Virus record (IMG/VR): IMGVR_UViG_3300012663_000526
Coordinates: 1 to 64,000 of that record
Reading direction: 5' to 3' (one strand)
Length of the DNA: 64,000 bases
Source of the DNA: a virus
Position numbers and translations under genes: made by a program. Under the pieces are notes generated by a model that was not told where the DNA came from, did not search any database, and saw nothing but the letters and a program-made list of their open reading frames with translations. Every line of letters begins with the position of its first letter. The stretch's first letter is position 1. Positions 46,096 through 56,024 of this stretch are shown piece by piece.

Positions 46096-46764
46096 GTGCC
46101 AGACTATAGCACACTCAATGATGAAATCGCAGTCTTAAAATCTAAGATTGATGGATTAACATCTCAGACTCTTACAGCAGAAAGCATCATGTATGTTGCT
46201 GAGTCTCTAACAATTCTCGGAGAGCTTCTAGGGGTAAAAGACATTGTTGGAGCAACAGCTTCTGCTATTTCTGATGTTAATGATGCAGCAGCAGCTGCAA
46301 TAGTAGTTATAAACGGAACCGCAAATGGTGCAGCTGTATCAAGTTTACAAACTCAATATACAAATCTTCAGGCATCTTACAACAACCTTGAGCCTAGAAC
46401 TAATTCTCTAGAAAGTCAAATTAATTCACAGTCTTCAGCTATTGCAACAGCATCAGCTCAAGCAGCCGCAGCATCATTTAGTCCGTGGCAAATAATTACT
46501 GGAACAACGTACCAAGCTTTTGCAAAAGATAGACTGATGGTTGTACCAGTTGCTACACAAGTAATTACATTACCACCTGGCCCAGCCAGAGGTGATGTGG
46601 TTGAAATTATTGATATTGCTGGAACGGCAGCAACAACAAACTTTACAGTAAATAGATCTGGAGAAAGAATAAATGGTCTATTAGAAAACCTTTTGTTTAA
46701 CGTAAACGGAAGAGCAATTAAACTACTATACACAAATACAACATACGGCTGGAGGGTAATCTAA
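46096..46764 (+). CDS. Fibre protein (coiled coil plus LP..P..GD C-terminal domain)
   Basis: N-terminus paralogous to 48112; ends L.Y....GW. Confidence 0.7.
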   Translation: MPDYSTLNDEIAVLKSKIDGLTSQTLTAESIMYVAESLTILGELLGVKDIVGATASAISDVNDAAAAAIVVINGTANGAAVSSLQTQYTNLQASYNNLEPRTNSLESQINSQSSAIATASAQAAAASFSPWQIITGTTYQAFAKDRLMVVPVATQVITLPPGPARGDVVEIIDIAGTAATTNFTVNRSGERINGLLENLLFNVNGRAIKLLYTNTTYGWRVI

Positions 46765-47690
46765 TGCCAGATTTAAATTCGGTTCTAACTTTAGGCTCAG
46801 GACTTAAAGCAGCAGACTTAGCAACAATTGGTGTTACTGGTTCTGCACTAGGAATTACTCCAGCATCATTGGGTGTTGTTGATGCAGAATCTAGATTGTT
46901 TAGAGAAGTAACGGATGGAACTAGAAGGCCATTCTCTATTCCCACGATTAAAAGCCTGCATATGAGAAATAGTGGCTGGTCATATAACTTTTCATCAGGA
47001 GACGCTTGGACTAACTATCATAACTACCTTACTGGAGCAGGATCAAATGCTGACTCAGAAAGAGCTTTTTGGTTCGGCCTTGGAACAAATACAAGACAAA
47101 ATACATTAAACTACTCTGAAACTGGAGATAATCGAGTAATTGAGTATGCTACAAATTCAGTTGTTGGAGGTTTTGAATTAACTTCAGGCCTTGATAACAG
47201 ATCTAACTATTGCCCAATGATTTTTAGAACTATGTTTATTAGAAATTTTCATCCAACATTGTCAAAGACAATTACCATGTGGGGTCATTATTCAAACTAC
47301 TGGTCAGCAGGATATGAGGGGTCAGGGGTAGCAATAGGAACTCCAAATGTTAGTGGCTCATATGCGGCAGTAACAGATATTAACTGGTCAGTTCCAGTAA
47401 ATAGAAGCAGTGGTAACTCTAACTATACATGGTCCTGGAACGTAGCAATACCAGCAAAAACAACAGTTGTTGTAGTACAGGCAAATACAGGATACTACTG
47501 GAGATCTAATCAGTATCTACAAAATAATAAATTTTATGATTTGCATAATACATTTACTGATTTTTGGGTTCAACCAGATCACAAGATGACTCAATCAGCA
47601 GCTTTATATAATGATGTTAATAATGAATTTAACGTAAGAAACTCATATAGAGTGTGGCAATATGCCGCATCACAGTTTGGAGATAGATAA
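46764..47690 (+). CDS. Putative receptor-binding/fibre tip protein
   Basis: Aromatic/Asn-rich beta protein followed by a chaperone gene. Confidence 0.6.
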   Translation: MPDLNSVLTLGSGLKAADLATIGVTGSALGITPASLGVVDAESRLFREVTDGTRRPFSIPTIKSLHMRNSGWSYNFSSGDAWTNYHNYLTGAGSNADSERAFWFGLGTNTRQNTLNYSETGDNRVIEYATNSVVGGFELTSGLDNRSNYCPMIFRTMFIRNFHPTLSKTITMWGHYSNYWSAGYEGSGVAIGTPNVSGSYAAVTDINWSVPVNRSSGNSNYTWSWNVAIPAKTTVVVVQANTGYYWRSNQYLQNNKFYDLHNTFTDFWVQPDHKMTQSAALYNDVNNEFNVRNSYRVWQYAASQFGDR

Positions 47691-48067
47691 TGTATTATGT
47701 TAAATTTGGACCAGATGGATTCCATGAAGAATCAAAATGGGCAGAGGAATTTCCTGGAGAAGGATGGTATGCTGCTGGAACCGATATTACTGGAAAGTAT
47801 TTTAAACTTTCAAGAGAAGTAGCAGTTGCATTAACAAAAAAGCAGTTTGAAGACCACATGTCGTACCTTGGAAATAAAGCTACTTTTGATGTAGCAAGAA
47901 GAAGAAGAAACGAAGCTTTATCTGAATCAGATTGGACTCAGTTACCAAACAGCCCTTTATCTGATGAAAAAAAGGCACAATGGGAAGCCTACAGAGAAGC
48001 ATTAAGAAACTATCCAGCATTACTGGAAAGTGACATTAATGCAGAATTCCCTGCAGAACCGCAATAA
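47690..48067 (+). CDS. Tail fibre assembly chaperone
   Basis: R.RRN..L.ESDWTQLP.SPL.....W..YR.ALR. Confidence 0.85.
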   Translation: MYYVKFGPDGFHEESKWAEEFPGEGWYAAGTDITGKYFKLSREVAVALTKKQFEDHMSYLGNKATFDVARRRRNEALSESDWTQLPNSPLSDEKKAQWEAYREALRNYPALLESDINAEFPAEPQ

Positions 48068-48111
48068 TAGCGGCTATGCTATAATTAATACAAAGAGGTG
48101 GTAGTAAAAAA

Positions 48112-48444
48112 ATGACTGACTATTCAACACTTGGCACCCAAGTAACACTGGCCAAAAATAAGATTGATGCTTTAACAAGCTCAACTCTTGATGCCCAGGA
48201 CCTAGTATTTTTAGCTAAGGCTTTAGAGACACTAGGAAACTTGCTCGGAGTCAATGATATTCTTGGAGTAACAAATAGCTCTATTACAAGCGTTCAAACC
48301 GCTGCCGCAGGTCAAGTCAATCTTGTTACTGCCGCTGGAGCAACACAGATTGCAGCAGTAAACACATCTGGTACAACTCAGATCGCACTCGTCGCAGCAG
48401 CAATTAGCAACTATACTTTATACGCAAACATGGGAGTAATATAA
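48112..48444 (+). CDS. Structural protein, paralog of the 46096 N-terminus
   Basis: M.DYSTL......K.KID.LTS.TL.A....A..L..LG.LLGV.DI. Confidence 0.7.
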   Translation: MTDYSTLGTQVTLAKNKIDALTSSTLDAQDLVFLAKALETLGNLLGVNDILGVTNSSITSVQTAAAGQVNLVTAAGATQIAAVNTSGTTQIALVAAAISNYTLYANMGVI

Positions 48445-48445
48445 A

Positions 48446-48763
48446 ATGGCTACAATTAGCTTACCAGCAAGACTATACAGCGGCGTAGTACCAAACACAT
48501 CAACACAAATTTGGACATGCCCAGCAGGTGAAACAGATGTTATTACATCAGTTACAGTTGCTAACTTAACAAACGTTGCAAATCAGTGCACACTGAGCTT
48601 TGCAGGAACAGAATTCTTCAAGAACCTAGACTTGGCTCCACGTCAAATCACAGTCCTTGATTTCAAGCAGGTTTTAAACGCAGGAGATGCAATTTCAGTA
48701 TCAGCATCAGTACCAAGCGCAGTTAGCTTGTTCATCTCTGGCGTAAAAGTAACAAATATCTAA
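48446..48763 (+). CDS. Small beta-sandwich structural protein
   Basis: VLNAGD.I.......ISGV; paralog of 53615. Confidence 0.7.
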   Translation: MATISLPARLYSGVVPNTSTQIWTCPAGETDVITSVTVANLTNVANQCTLSFAGTEFFKNLDLAPRQITVLDFKQVLNAGDAISVSASVPSAVSLFISGVKVTNI

Positions 48764-48788
48764 TAACAGAAATTTAGGAGAAATTTAA

Positions 48789-50291
48789 ATGGCAGTAGCA
48801 AATAGCACGATACAGCTAATCATTCCAGGTATTGATAAGCTTATTGCAGATAGCTTTACAACAACTCTAGCCTCTAATGCTACTGTTACTGCTATTCAAA
48901 CAAATATTGCTAACGCTGGAAGTATTAGTCAGATCCAGGCTGCATTAGCTGCATTAACTGCAGATATTGGCGCTCTGCCAAATAAAGAGCCTCTCCCATA
49001 CTTTGCAACATGGTCTAACAGAGATAACGATCCAAGAGCAACTATTTACAATAGCGATATGCGTGAGGTTTATAATGGTAAGCCAGATACAAATGCTGAA
49101 ATGTGGTCAGCATGGACTGGAAACAACTATACAAACGGAAACATTGGTTCTAACGGTTGGACATCTAACTGGATGGGATCAACATCATTCTATCAAGCAG
49201 ATACTCACTGGTACTTTAAGGTAAGTGAAGGATATAACAACCCAGGATTTGCTATGAATCCAGATGGACAAGATTCGTGGATGCCTTATTGGGGCGTAAT
49301 TATTGGTAACACTGGTAAGAGACAAAAGATTTCATTGTGGTCAAACGGGTCAGATTTAAGAGTTATGCCAAGAGGAGTTCAAGGTGGAGATCTTGAGAGA
49401 ATTAACTTAAACTCTGCTACCTACGCTACTTGGTTTGGCGGAACCGAGTACGGAATGAACTCTTATAACGAAAGAACGGGAACTCTTATAGTAATTGAAG
49501 CAAAAGACGGATCTAATAACTATCGTTTACACAGATGGATTAACACTGGAACAAACAGATCAATTAATCAATCAAACTTTAAAGCTGGAATGCTACATAG
49601 ATTCGTTTCAGAAGCAAAGGCTGGAACAACTGTTGGTGGAATAGCTTCTTATAACTTCTACGACTTCCAGTGGCAAGCATCTGCTTCTCAAAACTATAAT
49701 GAGTCAAGATATCGTATGCGTATTGTAGCTGGAGATAATGGAATTATTGGTATGCAGAGATTTGTGCCCTCTAACATTACACACTATGCTACGTTTACCC
49801 CAGCATCTTCTACACTAAATACATCATTTAATACAATATCAAATACGACTTCATATGGAATTGAGCAAGGCGGTAAGTACGGAGCTAGACATAATATTAC
49901 CTGGGATAACTACTGGGTAGCAGCATATAACGTATACTACTACTATGGATCTGGAATGAACGTATTCTTTATCGATACCAGAGACCCTAGAAACTACTTT
50001 ATTGGTCAATATGCCTCAACAGACAATGGATGTGCTTTAGTTCCGTTTGATAGAAATAAGTTTATGTGGTCATATCACGTATCTAACTCTGACGGAGATT
50101 CTGGTCAAAGACTAGCAATTGTAGATCTTGAAGGTCCACTAAAGTATGGTAGAACATTATCTGGTACAATTGCTAATGGAGCAAATATTGGTGTTGACAA
50201 GAACGTTATGAACGGTATTTTTGACACAAAGTATACAAGCACAAACTATACATTACTATTGCCAGTACAACGCTGGCCAAGAAATATTTAA
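48789..50291 (+). CDS. Structural/adhesin protein, paralog A
   Basis: Aligns along its length with 51058-52581 (ESRYRMRI.AGDN, NITWDNYW, DTRDPRNY). Confidence 0.75.
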   Translation: MAVANSTIQLIIPGIDKLIADSFTTTLASNATVTAIQTNIANAGSISQIQAALAALTADIGALPNKEPLPYFATWSNRDNDPRATIYNSDMREVYNGKPDTNAEMWSAWTGNNYTNGNIGSNGWTSNWMGSTSFYQADTHWYFKVSEGYNNPGFAMNPDGQDSWMPYWGVIIGNTGKRQKISLWSNGSDLRVMPRGVQGGDLERINLNSATYATWFGGTEYGMNSYNERTGTLIVIEAKDGSNNYRLHRWINTGTNRSINQSNFKAGMLHRFVSEAKAGTTVGGIASYNFYDFQWQASASQNYNESRYRMRIVAGDNGIIGMQRFVPSNITHYATFTPASSTLNTSFNTISNTTSYGIEQGGKYGARHNITWDNYWVAAYNVYYYYGSGMNVFFIDTRDPRNYFIGQYASTDNGCALVPFDRNKFMWSYHVSNSDGDSGQRLAIVDLEGPLKYGRTLSGTIANGANIGVDKNVMNGIFDTKYTSTNYTLLLPVQRWPRNI

Positions 50292-50309
50292 GGAAAGAAG
50301 GAGATTAAT

Positions 50310-50606
50310 ATGAAGATAAGCTTTATGCTAGGTGAAGGTTTTGTAGGTCAATTCCTTGAGAATGGTGAGTATGACTTACCTATTGAGTCTGATCTCCCAC
50401 ACCGCTTTGAGTTAAGAGATGGCGTAGTTGTAGATAAGTACGATGGCGTATCTGATGACGAAGTAAAAAGAATTGATCATGAAAGAGCAATCGCTGAGCG
50501 TGAGGCAGTAATTGCTGCAGTAGAGGCTGGAGATGAAATAGAGTCAAATATTCCACCAGAGATTCCACCACTAAACGCTGTTGCACCAGCAGAGGATAAC
50601 GAGTAA
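50310..50606 (+). CDS. Small acidic protein (chaperone-like)
   Basis: AAGGAG RBS; follows paralog A. Confidence 0.65.
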   Translation: MKISFMLGEGFVGQFLENGEYDLPIESDLPHRFELRDGVVVDKYDGVSDDEVKRIDHERAIAEREAVIAAVEAGDEIESNIPPEIPPLNAVAPAEDNE

Positions 50607-50607
50607 T

Positions 50608-51045
50608 ATGCCAATAACACAAACACCGTCATCTATAGTTCCAGCTTTATGGACATACACATATGTTCAGGCACCTATTGATGGTCAAGGAAACCCATAT
50701 TTTAATATTCCTTCACAGTTTACAGACCTTGGAACAAAGACATCTGGAACACTGACACTTGACCTAAAGACATCAAACGTGTTTAGAGTTGTTGCAGGCG
50801 GAGCATTTACAGTAGCATTTTCAAACATTGCTACAACGGCCAACACAGCACAATTTTGGCAACTAGAAATTAAGTCTGGTGGTAGCTACGTTCAGACATG
50901 GCCAGCATCAGTAATCTGGGACGGTGGTGGAGCTTCAAACATTTCACCAGTTCTTTCTCTTGATACAACAGTATTAAATTTTTACACAAGAAATAACGGT
51001 ACAACCGTTTACGGATCATACGCATATTCTGATTTGAAGATATAA
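50608..51045 (+). CDS. Fibre C-terminal-type domain protein
   Basis: TLDL...N.F...; TWPASV.W.GG..P.LS. Confidence 0.7.
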   Translation: MPITQTPSSIVPALWTYTYVQAPIDGQGNPYFNIPSQFTDLGTKTSGTLTLDLKTSNVFRVVAGGAFTVAFSNIATTANTAQFWQLEIKSGGSYVQTWPASVIWDGGGASNISPVLSLDTTVLNFYTRNNGTTVYGSYAYSDLKI

Positions 51046-51057
51046 GAGGAGCAATAA

Positions 51058-52581
51058 ATGGCAATTTCAACTAGCAGTACATCAATAGACCTTCCTGGAA
51101 TTGGAGCAACTATGGTGTCTAATTTAGACGCCGCTCTAAATGCTAGCCCAGTAATGCTAAATATTCTTTTAAACTCAAATATCTCTTCAGGTCTTAATAC
51201 ACTTACAACAACAGTAAATACCCTTAGAACTGCAGTAACAGATCTTCCAAATAAGTATCCACTACCAACTTTTGCAACATACGCAAACTATAACAATACT
51301 CCAGGATGGACTATCTATGATAGCGAAATGCAACCAATTGGTGGAGCAAACGGATCAACAGACTTTGAAATTCAAGCTTCATATACTGGACAGAACTACA
51401 CTACAAATAACTGGTCTTCAAACGGAGTAACAAATAGCTGGTCTGGAGCAACTCCAATGCACCAACAAGACGGCGACTGGTACTGTAACATTCCAGGAAG
51501 AGGTTTTGGCCCAGAAGGAATTTTTGCACGTAACCGTGGAACCATGAACTCCCACATGCCATACTTTGGATCAGTAATTGGAGATCGTGGTCTTCGTCAA
51601 CAAATCTCAATTAGAAATGACGGCGCTGGCTTACAAATTATGCCAAGAGGCGCATCAAACTATCTTGAAAACTTAAACTTAAACACAGCAACATATGCGA
51701 CATGGGCTGGAGGAACAACATACGGAATGGTTTCTTATAACCAGAGACAACGCAAACTCGTACTTATTGAAGCTAGAGATGCTGCAAACAACTACAGAAT
51801 GCATATCTGGAGAAATACTAACGTTGGAAGAGACTTAAACTCTGAGACACACGATGTAGGAACTCTACATCTATTCTTATCAGAAGCAAAAACAGCTGGA
51901 ACTCCAGCCGCTACAACAACTGGAGTTTACTACTACTATAACGATTTTCAATGGCAGGAAAATAGCTCACAGAGCTACACAGAGTCACGCTACAGAATGC
52001 GTATAACTGCTGGTGATAATGAATTTATTGGTTTATCAAGATTCGTTCCATCAAACATAACCCACTATGCAACATTCCTTCCTAATATTGCAGGAACATC
52101 TGGAACATTAACAACCAGAGGCGGTATTGGAAATACAACGTCTTATGGTTGGGATCAAGGAGTAGAGTACGGAATTAGAAGCAATATAACCTGGGATAAT
52201 TACTGGTTGGCTTCATACTCACCTTATTACTACTATGGCGCAGGAATGTGTGTAGTATTTAGTGACACCAGAGACCCACGCAACTACTACTTTGGAAGAT
52301 ACACTCAAACAGGAAATGGCTGCCAACTAGTTCCATTTAACGAAGATAAGTTCTTATTTAATGACTCAACAGAAAACTCTGACGGTAACGTTGGAATGAG
52401 ACTATCAGTCGTAGACTTGGGCGGAATCTTTGAGTTTGGTAGAGATGCAACCACATCTGGAATTACAAATGGTGCAACTATTAACTTAAGACCAACAACC
52501 ATGCTGTATACATTTGATACCAGATATACATCAACTAACTATCCAGGACTTATGCAGCCAACATCTTGGACGAATGGATAA
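51058..52581 (+). CDS. Structural/adhesin protein, paralog B
   Basis: Aligns along its length with 48789-50291. Confidence 0.75.
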   Translation: MAISTSSTSIDLPGIGATMVSNLDAALNASPVMLNILLNSNISSGLNTLTTTVNTLRTAVTDLPNKYPLPTFATYANYNNTPGWTIYDSEMQPIGGANGSTDFEIQASYTGQNYTTNNWSSNGVTNSWSGATPMHQQDGDWYCNIPGRGFGPEGIFARNRGTMNSHMPYFGSVIGDRGLRQQISIRNDGAGLQIMPRGASNYLENLNLNTATYATWAGGTTYGMVSYNQRQRKLVLIEARDAANNYRMHIWRNTNVGRDLNSETHDVGTLHLFLSEAKTAGTPAATTTGVYYYYNDFQWQENSSQSYTESRYRMRITAGDNEFIGLSRFVPSNITHYATFLPNIAGTSGTLTTRGGIGNTTSYGWDQGVEYGIRSNITWDNYWLASYSPYYYYGAGMCVVFSDTRDPRNYYFGRYTQTGNGCQLVPFNEDKFLFNDSTENSDGNVGMRLSVVDLGGIFEFGRDATTSGITNGATINLRPTTMLYTFDTRYTSTNYPGLMQPTSWTNG

Positions 52582-52584
52582 TAA

Positions 52585-52881
52585 ATGTATTATGCAATTA
52601 TTAAAGCCAATAAGATAGAGAAGTTTGGTACTCTAAAAGACTTATTCCCAACTTCTGGATTTCCACCAACTGGACCAGACGAAGCCTTTATGACAGATAA
52701 TGATATGCACAAGGTGCTTGAAGTTATTGATCATAAATCTACCACTCACAAGCTAGTTTACTGTGACCCATATATACTAGAAGATAAAGTTTACTGCGTA
52801 GTTGCAGAAAAGTTTACTAAGGCGGAGGCCTCAGAAAATAAAGATGCACTAGCTGCATTTGAAGCATTACAGGGGGAGTAA
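52585..52881 (+). CDS. Small chaperone-like protein
   Basis: L..LFP...FP..GP...F; KL..CDPY. Confidence 0.65.
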   Translation: MYYAIIKANKIEKFGTLKDLFPTSGFPPTGPDEAFMTDNDMHKVLEVIDHKSTTHKLVYCDPYILEDKVYCVVAEKFTKAEASENKDALAAFEALQGE

Positions 52882-52884
52882 TAT

Positions 52885-53604
52885 ATGCTAAGCAATCAAA
52901 GATCTATTTATAAGAGAGCTAGATATAGTCAATTTGGACTTAGTATGTGGATTGATGCAACTGCTATTGATAATATTCAAAGAGATGCAAACCAAAAAGT
53001 TTCAGTATTTGAAGATAGAAGCCAATATATAAGACACCTAAGTCAGCCAACTTTGGCAAATAGACCAACATTTATTCCATCTGGAATCAACTCTCTTCCA
53101 TGCGTTAGATTTAATGGAATAGATCAATTTATGCTTTTTTCTGATCAAACACTATCATGGCTTACCGCTTCATCATTTACAGTTTTTTACGTAGCAACAA
53201 AAACATCACAAACCTCTAACTCATTTGTCCTTGGAGGACAATCTGCTGGTACAAGAGCAAACTTAGCTTCTGGATATTTGGCAGCAAATACACACAGAAT
53301 AGTTTTCGGAAATGATGATGCAAGCACAATTGTTCCACTAAAGACACCAGGACAGCCAGAGCTTTACACGATATCTTTTAATGCCCAGACATTGGCAAGA
53401 GTTGTTAGAAGAAATGGAAGCGTAGTTGGAATTGGATCATCAGCAGGCTCACTAGCTGGAATGACAGGACAATCAGTAGGAAGATACCTAACGTCATACG
53501 GACAGTTTGATCTTGGAGAATTAATTATTTACAATAGAACACTTAGTGATTATGAGACAGGCCAAGTAGAGCGTGACTTAATCTCAAAGTGGACAATTAG
53601 CTAG
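52885..53604 (+). CDS. LamG/concanavalin-A-like lectin domain protein
   Basis: W.DA, W/F.D.S, L.Q.T..NRPT, IN.LP.VRFNG, GE.IIYNR.LS..E. Confidence 0.8.
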   Translation: MLSNQRSIYKRARYSQFGLSMWIDATAIDNIQRDANQKVSVFEDRSQYIRHLSQPTLANRPTFIPSGINSLPCVRFNGIDQFMLFSDQTLSWLTASSFTVFYVATKTSQTSNSFVLGGQSAGTRANLASGYLAANTHRIVFGNDDASTIVPLKTPGQPELYTISFNAQTLARVVRRNGSVVGIGSSAGSLAGMTGQSVGRYLTSYGQFDLGELIIYNRTLSDYETGQVERDLISKWTIS

Positions 53605-53614
53605 GAAAGTAAAG

Positions 53615-53950
53615 ATGGCATATATACCAACAAGATTTGCTGGTCCAGTAGCATTAACTACAGTTCCTATGTTGCTATCAACATTTTCAACATCAGGAAT
53701 AGTAAAAGAATTTAATATGACAAACACAAGCAGCGGAGTCCTTTATTTTTCTCTTGCTGTTGTTCCAAGCGGAACAGAGTACGGACTAGATTCTCAAAAG
53801 ATATACACTCTTGTTCCAATTGATGGCAATGAGACAATAACTCTTTCACACTCCCTAGTTGTAAATTCAGGAGATAAAATCTACGGTTTTGGCAGCATAC
53901 CTAATCTGATTAATGCAACAATCAGCGGTGTGTCAATTACTGCCAACTAA
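53615..53950 (+). CDS. Small beta-sandwich structural protein
   Basis: VVNSGDKI......ISGV; paralog of 48446. Confidence 0.7.
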   Translation: MAYIPTRFAGPVALTTVPMLLSTFSTSGIVKEFNMTNTSSGVLYFSLAVVPSGTEYGLDSQKIYTLVPIDGNETITLSHSLVVNSGDKIYGFGSIPNLINATISGVSITAN

Positions 53951-53977
53951 TCAAGATAAACTATGTAGGGGAGAATA

Positions 53978-55621
53978 ATGAAAATAGCACAGGTACTGTT
54001 TGATCAGTCCCAGCAATCATTTTCTGATATCTCTGGAAAAAATTTAGTAGTAGTAAAAACTGGAACATTTAAATCTACACCACCACTTACCTCAAGAACA
54101 AAGAATTCAGTTTTACTCGAACCAACTAATTCTTTAACAATACAAAGCGTTCCAGTAGCTAAAAGGACTCACGAAGAAGAAGATTTCTCTATATCATTTT
54201 ACTTGAAGGTTGGGGACACCTTTGACACCAAAGAAGACATTTTTTATGACTCTTCAAATGGCATAGGAATAAGCATGCTAAAGTCTAATATTATTTTTAC
54301 AATAACAGACTCATCTAATAGCCAAAACTCCGTTTCTTATAAAATTCAGGAAATAGGCAATGCTTATCATATAGCTGCAGTGTACTCTAAAAGAGGCATG
54401 TATCTGTTTGTTGATGGGGTTGCTAGAGCAAGCCTAATGCTAGGTGCAGAGTTTAGCTTTAAGGCAACATCAAATATAAATTTCCTTATAGCAACATCTA
54501 CACATTTCAATTTAATAGATAAAGTAGAGATATTTAATGAGGCAGTTTCTGATAATTATATAAGTTCAGAAATTAATCTAGATTCAGTCTACCAGAACCC
54601 AGGCCAAATAATGAGCCTTGACGATGCATCATATTTTAGTTTTTCTAAAAACTTAAAGCCAATTAAAACTGGATTTTCTTACGGATCCAATAAATCACTA
54701 TCTAGTGCAGCAATGTTCAACGTAGAAGAAATATTTGACAACTATGTAGTTCTGTCTGATGGTGAAGATTCTGGATACTTTACAGATTCAGTTTTCCTAA
54801 CATCAGTTGATAACAATCAGATAGACTGGTATGGTGATTCTGGTGGAATTTCAGTGTCTTACAATACTGATGGCAGTAATACCTATGTTCCCATTGCTAA
54901 CCACTCTAACATTTCAGGTTTTACTGGAGGCATGCTTTATTATAAAGTTTCTTTAACAAGAGATTACTCAGGAGCATCAAGCCCAGCATTTACTGGAATG
55001 GAATTTATATCTTATGACTCTAAAGAGTTTAGATCAGATAACACACTATACTCTTTGGACACTGACTTTAATTATCACGTAGGGAAGTACTCTAACTCTA
55101 TCATAACCCAATCAAAAGAAAACGGAATTAAAACATTATCTGGTGGCATTAAGTCTGCTGGAATAACAGCTAGATCTGTGGAGTTTATGTTCAACCCCTA
55201 TGCGCTTGGACAGACATGTCTATTAGATTTGGGCGGAGCAAGATACTCATGGTCAGGAGCTGGTAGCATAACAAAGACTGGGATATCTTCTATATACGTA
55301 AATGGAGTTAACTTATATAGCCAGACATCCATATCAAATGTATTTAATTCTGGTATATGGCATCACGTTGTCATAACTCTTTCTGAAGATCAAACAGATA
55401 CCCTATATCTAAATCAGTCAAAGACAGGAACACTTATTGGTCCAGACAACAGCTTTGCCCATTTAGGGATATATGATTATGATATGTCTGCAAAGGCTAT
55501 TTCACATTATAGATACCTTACATCCAGAGTTTCAGAGGCAACATTGTCAGATTCCATATCTATAGGCTCAGATTCATATTCTGGCTACAATGTGGACAAA
55601 GTAGTTCTTTCAACACAGTAA
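53978..55621 (+). CDS. LamG-domain virion protein
   Basis: YHIAAVY...LFVDG and WHHVVIT motifs. Confidence 0.75.
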   Translation: MKIAQVLFDQSQQSFSDISGKNLVVVKTGTFKSTPPLTSRTKNSVLLEPTNSLTIQSVPVAKRTHEEEDFSISFYLKVGDTFDTKEDIFYDSSNGIGISMLKSNIIFTITDSSNSQNSVSYKIQEIGNAYHIAAVYSKRGMYLFVDGVARASLMLGAEFSFKATSNINFLIATSTHFNLIDKVEIFNEAVSDNYISSEINLDSVYQNPGQIMSLDDASYFSFSKNLKPIKTGFSYGSNKSLSSAAMFNVEEIFDNYVVLSDGEDSGYFTDSVFLTSVDNNQIDWYGDSGGISVSYNTDGSNTYVPIANHSNISGFTGGMLYYKVSLTRDYSGASSPAFTGMEFISYDSKEFRSDNTLYSLDTDFNYHVGKYSNSIITQSKENGIKTLSGGIKSAGITARSVEFMFNPYALGQTCLLDLGGARYSWSGAGSITKTGISSIYVNGVNLYSQTSISNVFNSGIWHHVVITLSEDQTDTLYLNQSKTGTLIGPDNSFAHLGIYDYDMSAKAISHYRYLTSRVSEATLSDSISIGSDSYSGYNVDKVVLSTQ

Positions 55622-55679
55622 TCTAGCCATAGCCAATACAGTTATGGACTTATACAACAGAAAATGGTAGAATAGAGAT

Positions 55680-56024
55680 ATGCTAAATAAATTAGGTAAA
55701 GCCAAGGTAATTGCAGACAAGACAAAGTACGGGGTCTATGTTTGGGAAATGCCAGATGGTAAATGGGTTGGAGATGACGAAGGTCACTACATGCTTATCC
55801 CAGCAGTATTTGGGGATGCGGAAAAGATTAAGATTTTAACAGAAGCAGCAGAAGGATATGGAGTTACTGAGGGTGGGCCAAAGTTTCTTCCAGGTCGTAG
55901 AAAAGTTTCTGATGAAGAGTATGCTGCACAAGAAGCAAGACTGCATGCTGGTTTGACACCAGATCCTTGGGATCTTGGAGAAGGTTTAGATGCCGCAAAG
56001 AGGATGGTACAAAATGGCCGCTGA
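55680..56024 (+). CDS. Conserved protein upstream of portal
   Basis: GVYVW.MPDGKWVGDD.G; GL.PDP.D. Confidence 0.7.
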   Translation: MLNKLGKAKVIADKTKYGVYVWEMPDGKWVGDDEGHYMLIPAVFGDAEKIKILTEAAEGYGVTEGGPKFLPGRRKVSDEEYAAQEARLHAGLTPDPWDLGEGLDAAKRMVQNGR

